The notes below the pieces were generated by a model, which did no database searches, was not told the origin of the DNA, and saw only the letters and a program-made list of their open reading frames with translations. A stretch of 64,000 nucleotides of DNA from positions 1,723 to 65,722 of the forward strand of contig JAAYYE010000011.1 of NCBI GenBank assembly GCA_012515515.1. Direction: 5' to 3'. Of the stretch, positions 18,596 through 26,969 are shown piece by piece. How positions within the stretch are numbered: position 1 is the stretch's first letter; every line of letters starts with the position of its first letter. The stretch comes from Minisyncoccota bacterium (GTDB lineage Bacteria > Patescibacteriota > Microgenomatia > UBA1400 > PJMF01). The position numbers and the translations under genes are program-made.

Positions 18596-20368
18596 GTGAA
18601 ACGCAAATTGTTTTACACCACCTTGCTGGTGGTGTTGTTGACCCTCACCATAATGGTGGGGCCAGTTTTAGCTGGCGAAACGTGGTTAAATACTCCAGTA
18701 GTTGGTTCCATTCGATGTGGAGCTGGCTTTGGAGAAAGAAACCCGCTCGGCGGGCAAGACTTCCACAATGCCGTTGATATGGCATGTGGAATGTATCGCG
18801 CACGGGTGCTGGCAGTAGCATCTGGCGAAGTCGTTTGGAACACTTATTGGCCGATAGGCAGTGCGCCAAACGTGGGTCACGGTATTACCGTGATTATCAA
18901 GCATCATGATGGGCTCTATACCTATAGCGCTCATCTGGATGAAGCCGCGGTGAAGGTAGGTCAACAAATCGACCAAGGATCGGTAATTGGCCATGTTGGG
19001 AATACTGGGTATGTTATTAGCACTCCAGGCAATCCCAATTACCATTTACACTTTGCCGTAAGGAATACTGGCCCAGATGATGGTGGTTGTTGGGATGCCA
19101 CTTGTTGGCTTAATCCCGACAATTTTTTGGGAAAAAGTCCGGAAATTGCCAATCCGGATCCAGGCACTCCAAACCCAGAACCCAATAAGTTTAATTTAAT
19201 CACAACAATTGATGAAGTTGTTGCGATTATTAAACACATTCCAAAGTTTAAAGATTGGGATGAAAAATGGGAGGGGATTAAAGGATATATTCCTTATATT
19301 CCCTGGGTCTTGGCCGGGTTAACCTTACTGGTTTTTCTTGGCCTCTTATGGCTAATAAAACCAGTGTTGAACTGGCTCGCGAAAACTCACTGGTGGCGAA
19401 AAAGATATCATAATGTCGAGCTGTTTTGCTTAGCGTTAGGTATCAAGCTCTTTGGCGAAGGTCTCTATTGGGCACAAATGGCCCAATTCGCTTTTGCTGC
19501 CTGGGGCTTTTACTTTTCGGAGCAAATAATTGAAAGGTCTTATCGCCATTTTAATTATGATCCAGATGTTAAAAAAGACGGCCCTGGCAAAAGAGAATGG
19601 CTAAGAAAAATTATTAACATTATGTTCAACATCGCGTTAATAATGTCAATCTTGGCCTATTCATGGGGATTTTTCCTCATGAACTCAGATTTCCAGGAGC
19701 TTGTTGATGTCTGGGGGTGGTTTGATGATCCAGACCAACCAGATCAACCAGACCCACCAAGCCCGCCAGATCCACCAAGCCCGCCAGATCCAACCCCAAA
19801 GCCTCCTAATATAATTATAGGTGGAGGGGTGAAAATCGTCTTTGATTGCAATTTTAATGCAATCAAGGCTGGATTGGGACCAGTGCAGGTAGGCTGCGAC
19901 GCCCATGGTTTGCCAAAGTTTTTGATCACTTGGTGGAATGGTCAAAAGTTTAATTTCCAAATTCCATTGGAAATTTGGATAGCAGCCCTGGAGGCGGGCA
20001 ATACCCCAGAGCAAGTTTTGGGGATTATTGCCATTGCCAGTTCCGAAAGCACCGGGTTTACCAATTACCAAACGGAAAACCCCTATGGTGCCCTAGGCGT
20101 TTGGCAATTTTTGCCTGCCACCTACACTGCCTGGGCGGAACCAGGCTATGAGAATCCTGCATACCGCACCAACATCCCCATTGCTGCAAAGGCAGTTGGG
20201 AACATGATGGAAGGTGGCATGAATGAGATTTATCTCATGGATCACAGCAATTTTGTCTCCTGTTTTATGGGAGGGAACGGTTGCTGGACCTGGAACCAAC
20301 ATTCCGCGCAAGCGGATTATGCCTACCGCATCCTTTTTGCTTTAAAGGTCGCGGCAGGTCTCAAATAA
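18596..20368 (+). CDS. Bifunctional cell-wall hydrolase: N-terminal M23 (LytM) peptidase + C-terminal lytic transglycosylase (SLT)-like domain, with membrane segments and a PD/PS-rich linker
   Basis: GTG start with an AGGAGG RBS, then a signal peptide. M23 motifs FHNAVD (HxxxD) and HLHF (HxH). The SLT-like region SSESTGF ... GALGVWQF has a catalytic Glu-Ser and a GLMQ-like box. Three to four hydrophobic helices lie between the domains. Confidence 0.65.
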   Translation: MKRKLFYTTLLVVLLTLTIMVGPVLAGETWLNTPVVGSIRCGAGFGERNPLGGQDFHNAVDMACGMYRARVLAVASGEVVWNTYWPIGSAPNVGHGITVIIKHHDGLYTYSAHLDEAAVKVGQQIDQGSVIGHVGNTGYVISTPGNPNYHLHFAVRNTGPDDGGCWDATCWLNPDNFLGKSPEIANPDPGTPNPEPNKFNLITTIDEVVAIIKHIPKFKDWDEKWEGIKGYIPYIPWVLAGLTLLVFLGLLWLIKPVLNWLAKTHWWRKRYHNVELFCLALGIKLFGEGLYWAQMAQFAFAAWGFYFSEQIIERSYRHFNYDPDVKKDGPGKREWLRKIINIMFNIALIMSILAYSWGFFLMNSDFQELVDVWGWFDDPDQPDQPDPPSPPDPPSPPDPTPKPPNIIIGGGVKIVFDCNFNAIKAGLGPVQVGCDAHGLPKFLITWWNGQKFNFQIPLEIWIAALEAGNTPEQVLGIIAIASSESTGFTNYQTENPYGALGVWQFLPATYTAWAEPGYENPAYRTNIPIAAKAVGNMMEGGMNEIYLMDHSNFVSCFMGGNGCWTWNQHSAQADYAYRILFALKVAAGLK

Positions 20369-20387
20369 TTTTTGTTTGCTTTAAAGT

Positions 20388-20415
20388 GGCCCTCCTGGAT
20401 TTATCCAGGAGGGCC
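20388..20415 (+). other. Perfect 12-bp stem-loop (GGCCCTCCTGGA-ttta-TCCAGGAGGGCC)
   Basis: Immediately downstream of the M23/SLT gene. No T tract, so its terminator function is uncertain. Confidence 0.35.
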
Positions 20416-20432
20416 AATACACATTAAATTCA

Positions 20433-20441
20433 CCCCCCCCC
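20433..20441. repeat. Homopolymeric C9 tract in intergenic/promoter region
   Basis: Nine consecutive C residues, ~125 nt upstream of the surface-protein gene at 20565. Confidence 0.8.
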
Positions 20442-20564
20442 ACTAAGAGCTAAATAGCCTATCTAAAAAATGATTGCTAAATGACCCAACTTTTAGTGTT
20501 TGATATTGACTGATGATTATTAACACTGTTTAATGGATATAGTACTTTTAATATTCTTTTATAT

Positions 20565-22895
20565 ATGAAAATATCCTGCCCAAAAAAAACAATCTTTCTT
20601 GTAAGTGTTTTTGTAATTTTTTTATTGGTATTTTTTAGAAAAAATCCAAACTTTTTTGCCTTTTCAGACTCGACTAAAGGCAACTTTTATCTTAATCACC
20701 AGATGGTGAGGGCTAATGAGGACGAGTCTGATCCTTCTCCTGTCACAGTAGAATTAGATCCAGCGCCAAGCCTAATACATAATTTGACTCCTAGTTTTAG
20801 TGGCACAGCTACTACAACTAATGATTCATATATTGTTAGCGTAATGTACAGGATTGATGAAAATCCTCCAAAATATTGTTGGGCAAAAGATGAGGATTTT
20901 GATAGTGATTCTGAGGATTTCATTTGTCAAATTGATAGACCTTTAGCAAATGGGGAGCACACGATTTTTATTAAGGCTTGGGATGAGGATGAATCAGAAA
21001 GTGACCCTGAATTATCAAAAATTACTTTTACCATTAAAAATCCTAATCCCCCAGTCGCTGATTTTCCGCAAGTTGCTGGTGAAGTCTATGCCACTGCCGT
21101 GAGCGATGACGGCAAGACCTTATATATTGGTGGTGATTTTGAGAGTGTTGAAGATCCTGAAGGAACTCCAAAAGAGCGCCATAATTTAGCCGCTATTGAT
21201 TTAGAAACGATGTTGGTAACTGATTGGAATCCTTCAGATTGGTATTGGAGTGGTCCAGTTTATGACATTGAAATTGATGGAGGGTATGTCTTAATTGGTG
21301 GTAGTTTTTATTATAGTGTGGATGAAAATAATGTTAGTCAATTTGCTAAACTCCATCAAGAAACTGGCCTGATAGATGAAGCTTGCACGCCTAGGGTGCT
21401 GAGAACTGGAGATTTTCAGACATACACCATATATGATCTTAAGCTCACAAATGATTATATTTATCTTGGAGGAGACTTTGATGACATTGATGACACCAGA
21501 GTATATGGTCTCGCTAGACTTAATAGAGATACTTGTGCACTTGATACAACTTGGCTTCCTGAAGTAGGTGGCAGTGTGCAAACTATTGAAACAATGGGTG
21601 ACAGTGTTTTTATTGGTGGTGATTTTTGGGAAGTTAACGAATCAGAGCGCGAGGGATTTGCCAAAATTAGTGCCAGTACAGGCATTTTAGATAGTAATTG
21701 CATAAAAGAGTTTGATGACAACAATACAATTTATTCCATCAAAGCCGATAATAATTATCTATATGTGGGTGGTGAATTTGATCAAATTTATGATCCACCT
21801 TTAAATGCAACTTTTCAGCGCAATGGTTTAATTAGATTAAAAAATGATAATAGTTGTTTATTAGATCAGATTTGGGATCCCAATCCTCATTTTTATGATT
21901 TTGAAGATGATGATTGGTATCCTGGTGCTATTTACTCTATTAATCTTGATGAAACAGATAGTAGTATTTATGTTGGTGGTAGCTTTAGTAGTATTGGTGG
22001 TCAAAGTGGTAGTGAATTTGCTAAATTAGACATTGATACTGGTTTAGCAGACCTTAATTGGAACCCAGGAATTTGGGTGAAGGATGGAGGCGGAGGTTCA
22101 AATCCTGTTCCCAGCACCGTTCATTCATCAGTCATTACTGATAATTACTTAATTGTCGGAGGTGGTTTTGATCGAGTAGGAACTGAAGAAAGACACTCTT
22201 TGGCGGCTTTTCCCCATGAGAAAGCACTTGGTCCCACTCCAGAACCATCAACATCTTCTGCTGATAAAGCTAAAAAAGATCATCAAGACAAAACCGAAAC
22301 AGTGCAAATTCCCCACGCAGTTAAAAAACTTTTTGGCTTGATTGTGGCTAAACCGGTTAAAGACTCAAACACCAATGGCCAAGAAGTATTGAGTATTGTT
22401 TTTAAAGACACTTTAGATTTTGATGCTTATCTCTCGGTTAATCATACGCCGGTAGGCGATTTGCCAATGCTGAGAGAACAAAATAATCAAGCAAGCGCCA
22501 ATAATACAGCTGCTAATAAAGGTAATTTCCTAATTGCTGGTTGGCGGGGTCATCAATTAATGGGTTTTAAAGAAAATAAAACCATTTATTGGCAAATAGG
22601 CAATATTCAACAAATGTTTTATAAAGCCTATCCAGTTGCTGGAAAAGAAGCGCCCGTAATTATTCCAGAAATTCAACATAAATCTTCAATTATTGCGCTC
22701 AAATACAATAAGAGTCAGCTAATTCCACCTGGAGAGCCCAATACTAAATTTAGCGAATTAAAACTCAAACTTGCCCACTCAATGGATGGTGTCAACTGGC
22801 GGGTTATGCCCAATTCAGTTGTTGATCCGATCAATAACACTGTGGCCGTTATTGATAAATTGGGTGGTTACTACGTGATTGTTGCTAGTTATTAG
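20565..22895 (+). CDS. Delta-60-repeat (beta-propeller-like) surface protein, N-terminally membrane-anchored
   Basis: Reiterated motif of about 55-60 aa: LY[IV]GG.F ... FAKL/GLARL ... G.LD..W.P (for example GLARLNRDTCALDTTW and EFAKLDIDTGLADLNWNP). One N-terminal TM helix. Confidence 0.6.
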   Translation: MKISCPKKTIFLVSVFVIFLLVFFRKNPNFFAFSDSTKGNFYLNHQMVRANEDESDPSPVTVELDPAPSLIHNLTPSFSGTATTTNDSYIVSVMYRIDENPPKYCWAKDEDFDSDSEDFICQIDRPLANGEHTIFIKAWDEDESESDPELSKITFTIKNPNPPVADFPQVAGEVYATAVSDDGKTLYIGGDFESVEDPEGTPKERHNLAAIDLETMLVTDWNPSDWYWSGPVYDIEIDGGYVLIGGSFYYSVDENNVSQFAKLHQETGLIDEACTPRVLRTGDFQTYTIYDLKLTNDYIYLGGDFDDIDDTRVYGLARLNRDTCALDTTWLPEVGGSVQTIETMGDSVFIGGDFWEVNESEREGFAKISASTGILDSNCIKEFDDNNTIYSIKADNNYLYVGGEFDQIYDPPLNATFQRNGLIRLKNDNSCLLDQIWDPNPHFYDFEDDDWYPGAIYSINLDETDSSIYVGGSFSSIGGQSGSEFAKLDIDTGLADLNWNPGIWVKDGGGGSNPVPSTVHSSVITDNYLIVGGGFDRVGTEERHSLAAFPHEKALGPTPEPSTSSADKAKKDHQDKTETVQIPHAVKKLFGLIVAKPVKDSNTNGQEVLSIVFKDTLDFDAYLSVNHTPVGDLPMLREQNNQASANNTAANKGNFLIAGWRGHQLMGFKENKTIYWQIGNIQQMFYKAYPVAGKEAPVIIPEIQHKSSIIALKYNKSQLIPPGEPNTKFSELKLKLAHSMDGVNWRVMPNSVVDPINNTVAVIDKLGGYYVIVASY

Positions 22896-22973
22896 TTGAT
22901 TAATTTTATAAAAGCCCTGTTTTTTTACTAAAAGCCTTGTTTTTTACTAATAAATTTTGTTATACTGAAAGAC

Positions 22974-23780
22974 ATGCAAAATATCAATCCTGCCCCTTCT
23001 CAAAATAATTATAATCAGCCTTTAGTGGGCAATAGCAATCCTAATTTGCAAATCCCAAATTCTCAAACCCCAAATCCTCAAACACCGGTTGCACCCGCCC
23101 CAAAGCCTGTTATTGGTGAAACAATCAAGGTCACAAAAGCTAGTGGTTCGGGCAATACCTCAAACAAGTTGTGGATAATATTTTTAGTATTAGTTGCGCT
23201 GCTTGTTGGTTTTTGGCTTGGCTATTTTACCAATGATTATCTCTATCAAATGGCTGAGAAAGAGCGCCAAGAACTTCTCTCTGCAATAGATGAGCAAACA
23301 GCAAGAGATTTAGTCCAAGCACCCGATCTAATCGAAGTAGAAAAATCTTATATTAATTTTCGTGGTGAATGGAATTATATTGGCGATGCTTTAAATTTCA
23401 CTTCTGACCAAGAGTGTGTTGCCGATGAAATTGTCACCTTAACTGCCATTAACGATGATTTTGTCACAATTGAAATCAAGCACCCTGTTTTACAAGAAGA
23501 TTCTGGCGAGTACGTCATGGAGTTGGGCAATTATCTGCTTAGGGATCAAGAATGTTTAGTAGCCGAATCATCTTGTTTGGGAACTAGCATTGATCGCTGT
23601 TTCTCTCTAAAAAATATCGATGATGTTTGGCACCTGGATTATGATTTAATTGAGAGTACGACACCCGATCAAGCTGAAACAGTCGAAGCAGTTCAACCAG
23701 TCGTGCCAGTTAACACAGTCGTGCCAGTTAACACAGTCGTGCCAGTTAACACAGTCGAAGCAGTCGAAGCTGAAATATAA
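22974..23780 (+). CDS. Membrane-anchored hypothetical protein with C-terminal (VVPVNT)x3
   Basis: Gln/Pro-rich N-terminus, one TM helix and an extracytoplasmic domain. Confidence 0.45.
   Translation: MQNINPAPSQNNYNQPLVGNSNPNLQIPNSQTPNPQTPVAPAPKPVIGETIKVTKASGSGNTSNKLWIIFLVLVALLVGFWLGYFTNDYLYQMAEKERQELLSAIDEQTARDLVQAPDLIEVEKSYINFRGEWNYIGDALNFTSDQECVADEIVTLTAINDDFVTIEIKHPVLQEDSGEYVMELGNYLLRDQECLVAESSCLGTSIDRCFSLKNIDDVWHLDYDLIESTTPDQAETVEAVQPVVPVNTVVPVNTVVPVNTVEAVEAEI
23700..23753 (+). repeat. Perfect 18-bp tandem repeat x3 (GTCGTGCCAGTTAACACA)
   Basis: In-frame, at the 3' end of the CDS 22974-23780. Confidence 0.8.
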
Positions 23781-23816
23781 TTTTTCTTATTGAACTTGAT
23801 TGATAATTAATTTATA

Positions 23817-25160
23817 TTGCTGTATCTAGCTATGTTAAAAAAGAAATCTAGCTTAATTATTGCGATTGTTTTTTCTTTACTTGTTGGCGTGGGTGGTGGC
23901 TTATTGCTTAGCCACTACCAAGATCGTTTGCCGCTAATTGCTAATTTAATTAAGCAAGACTCAAAGCAAAATGAAGACAATGTTTATTTAGCTTTTTTAC
24001 AGGAGCTTCGCCAAATTATCTTAGAAAATTATTGGGACACCATTAATGAGACACAGTTTGTTAAATTACATGTTTTAGTGCTTGAACAAATAACGGGAAC
24101 AACTTTTGGTGATGCCATAGAAAATTTCACAGATTTAGATCAGCAAATTCTTGAATTACTTAAAGACTATCCCGAAGAATTGAAGCAAGAATTTACTGTG
24201 CAGTTGGCCGATTTAGTTTTAACTAATCTAGAGCCTTTTGGTCGCAGTCGACTTTATTCTCAACAATTAGAAGATGATTTAGCTGAACGGGTCAACAATA
24301 TCGATCCAGAAGCTGATCATTATCAGTCTTTAAATGTAGCTAAAGACGCTACCAGCGAGGAAATTAGTCAGGCTTTTGTAGAGCAAGAAGCTATTTTAGA
24401 AAAAGAGAATACTCCAGAAGCAGCAGCTCAATTAGCAGAAATTCGCCAAGCTTATCAGACCTTAGCCAATGAAGAAAATCGCCAGCGTTATGATGAGGCA
24501 GGGGTTAATCCTAGTATGGAATGGCGTTTGCTTAATTCTGCAGTTTTTTATGTGCATATTAAACAATTTACACCAAACACCGTTCAAGAACTTTTAGAAG
24601 TCAGCCAAAAAGTTGATGATCGAGGAGAAGAGTTGGACTCATTAATTCTAGATTTGCGAGGCAATATTGGTGGAGCTATAGACGGTTTGCCCTACTTTTT
24701 GGGGCCATTTATTGGTCAAAACCAATACGCCTATCAATTTGTTCAACAGGGAAAAATTACCGATTATAAAACTCGTAGCAGCTATTTACCCTCTCTGGCT
24801 CGTTATAAAAAAGTGGCTATCTTAATCGATGAGCAAGTACAATCAACAGCCGAAGTGATGGCCAGTGTACTGAAAAAATACAACGTGGGGGTATTAATTG
24901 GCACTAATACTATGGGTTGGGGCACAGTCGAACGAGTTTTTCCTCTTGAAAAGCAAATTAGCGAGAGTGAGCGCTATTCAGTTTTTTTGGTTCATCATCT
25001 AACTTTGCGTGAAGATGGCGTAATTATTGAGGGCAATGGGGTGGCGCCGGTTATCAACACTCAAGATGTGGCTTGGCAACGGCGTTTAGCTAGTTATTTT
25101 GGTGATTCAGCCATTGTGTCAGCGGTGACAGAGCAATTTGCTTTCCCAGAAGCAAATTAA
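23817..25160 (+). CDS. S41-family (C-terminal processing) peptidase-like protein with N-terminal TM anchor and degenerate J-like segment
   Basis: LDLRGNIGG matches the S41 DLRxNxGG box, and QSTAEVMA looks like the Ser-containing segment. The J-domain-like stretch (DHYQSLNVAKDATSEEISQAF...RQAYQTL) lacks HPD. Confidence 0.5.
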   Translation: MLYLAMLKKKSSLIIAIVFSLLVGVGGGLLLSHYQDRLPLIANLIKQDSKQNEDNVYLAFLQELRQIILENYWDTINETQFVKLHVLVLEQITGTTFGDAIENFTDLDQQILELLKDYPEELKQEFTVQLADLVLTNLEPFGRSRLYSQQLEDDLAERVNNIDPEADHYQSLNVAKDATSEEISQAFVEQEAILEKENTPEAAAQLAEIRQAYQTLANEENRQRYDEAGVNPSMEWRLLNSAVFYVHIKQFTPNTVQELLEVSQKVDDRGEELDSLILDLRGNIGGAIDGLPYFLGPFIGQNQYAYQFVQQGKITDYKTRSSYLPSLARYKKVAILIDEQVQSTAEVMASVLKKYNVGVLIGTNTMGWGTVERVFPLEKQISESERYSVFLVHHLTLREDGVIIEGNGVAPVINTQDVAWQRRLASYFGDSAIVSAVTEQFAFPEAN

Positions 25161-25240
25161 TGCCATATTTCAATTAAAACTTAACTTGTTTTCGATAAAA
25201 AAACTGGCTATACTGGAAGTGTTAATAAACTACTAGTTTT

Positions 25241-26905
25241 TTGTTGAAAAACCTGCCTTTAATGCTCAGGATATTTAATTTACTTTACCAGAGAAAAACA
25301 AAATTCATTTCCCAAGAGGTTTATTTTTGTGAATATGCCGGCAGCGTTTATCTGATTGTTCAAGATAAAGAGACGGGCAAAATCATTAAATCAGCCAAAA
25401 GTAAAGATGGTTTTTTATTTCGTAAGGTGAGAATTAAGGAAGCTGCAGTTAAGCAATACCCCCCCTTTAAAGAAAAAAGACGCAAATTTATTCAAGATCG
25501 CTATGTCGGACATTTAGCTCCATCCAGTGAATTCATTGATAAATCAAAGATCGCTGTGCAAAATGCTTTTAGCACTCCCGATGGCGTCTTGTTGTTTTAT
25601 CATTATCACAATCATCAATCTTTTCAGGTGGGCGTGGCAGGTTTTACCCATGGCAATAATCCGCAGTTAATCTGGCGCCACCACCAGCCAGTTTGGGAAA
25701 TGTATGATCAGATCGCGGATAAAAAAATTGAATTTATAGATTTAATTGAAATTCGGGGTCAGTTAATTGCCTATTGGCTAGTAGAAAATGAAGCGGTTTG
25801 GGCAACTGTTTATCCTAATTATCGCATTACTGAGCAAATTGAAATTGTTAAAGGTTCACAGCTTGAGCGACCCAGTGGCAATCCCCTAATCAGTCCAAAT
25901 CCTAGCCACGATTGGGAAGCTTTTACCACTTTCAACCCCGGTGCCCTCTACGACGCCGGCAAAGTTCACTTGCTTTATCGTGCTCAAGGTTATGACTATG
26001 TGTCTTCGATTGGTTATGCCAGTAGCACTGATGGTGTGCATATTGAGCAGCAATTGCAAAATCCAGTTTTTATTCCCACTCAACCCTTTGAAATTCCGCT
26101 CCAACCAGGCAAAGTCAACATGAATTTTATGTCAGCTGGTTATGGTGGTTGTGAAGATCCGCGCATCACTAAAATTGATGACCGGATTTATATGACTTAT
26201 GTAGCTTTTAATGGTTATTCAGAACCTAGAATTGCCATGAGCTCGATTGCTGTGAAAGATTTTCTAGACCACAATTGGTTGTGGACTCATCCCGTTTTGA
26301 TTTCTCAGCCTGGAGTGGTAACCAAAAGCGCTTGCATTTTACCGGAAAAAATTGATGGTAAATATGTGATTTTTCATCGAGTTTTTCCTGATATTTTAAT
26401 TGATTATCGCGATGATTTAGATTTTAGCGACGGACAATATTTAACTGCGCAAAAGAAAATCAGTCCTCGTTCGGCATTATGGTGGGATAGTCGCAAAATT
26501 GGGGTGGGCGCTCCACCGCTAAAAACTCGAGATGGTTGGTTATTAATTTATCAATCAATCGATGACAAAGCTGGCTACCCCTATAAAGTTGGAGCCATGT
26601 TGCTCGACTTAGCAGATCCAAGCAAAGTTTTGCATCGTTCTCGTCAGCCAATTCTTGAACCACAAGAGTGGTATGACAATGATGGTTTTAAAGCAGGAGT
26701 AGTTTATCCCTGTGGAGCAGTAATTATTGATAATACCCTGTTTGTTTATTATGGTGGAGCTGATTCACGAGTCTGTGTGGCGACTGCCAACTTAGCAGAG
26801 TTTTTAGATCAGCTCAAAAAAGAAGGCGATGCTCGAGTTGAACCGACTGTAATTGCCAAACTAGATCAAGAAAATTTAGCCAAAAAAGGGTTTTTTCATC
26901 GGTAA
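25241..26905 (+). CDS. GH130-family-like glycosidase/phosphorylase (PH1107-related)
   Basis: GCEDPRITKIDDRIYMTYVAFNG motif. Paralogous to the next gene. The track start is TTG at 25241, and the first ATG is at 25262. Confidence 0.6.
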   Translation: MLKNLPLMLRIFNLLYQRKTKFISQEVYFCEYAGSVYLIVQDKETGKIIKSAKSKDGFLFRKVRIKEAAVKQYPPFKEKRRKFIQDRYVGHLAPSSEFIDKSKIAVQNAFSTPDGVLLFYHYHNHQSFQVGVAGFTHGNNPQLIWRHHQPVWEMYDQIADKKIEFIDLIEIRGQLIAYWLVENEAVWATVYPNYRITEQIEIVKGSQLERPSGNPLISPNPSHDWEAFTTFNPGALYDAGKVHLLYRAQGYDYVSSIGYASSTDGVHIEQQLQNPVFIPTQPFEIPLQPGKVNMNFMSAGYGGCEDPRITKIDDRIYMTYVAFNGYSEPRIAMSSIAVKDFLDHNWLWTHPVLISQPGVVTKSACILPEKIDGKYVIFHRVFPDILIDYRDDLDFSDGQYLTAQKKISPRSALWWDSRKIGVGAPPLKTRDGWLLIYQSIDDKAGYPYKVGAMLLDLADPSKVLHRSRQPILEPQEWYDNDGFKAGVVYPCGAVIIDNTLFVYYGGADSRVCVATANLAEFLDQLKKEGDARVEPTVIAKLDQENLAKKGFFHR

Positions 26906-26969
26906 AAATTATTCAATTATGCGCATTAAAATAATTGCGCACATCAAAAGAGCTTTCTAAAAGGTAATT

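Noticed and set aside
25241-25262. Start-codon choice for the first GH130 gene (TTG 25241 versus ATG 25262)
   Set aside because: It cannot be resolved from sequence alone. No Shine-Dalgarno precedes either codon. A TTGTTT-17-TATACT promoter at 25186-25214 is compatible with both. The ORF-track coordinate is reported.
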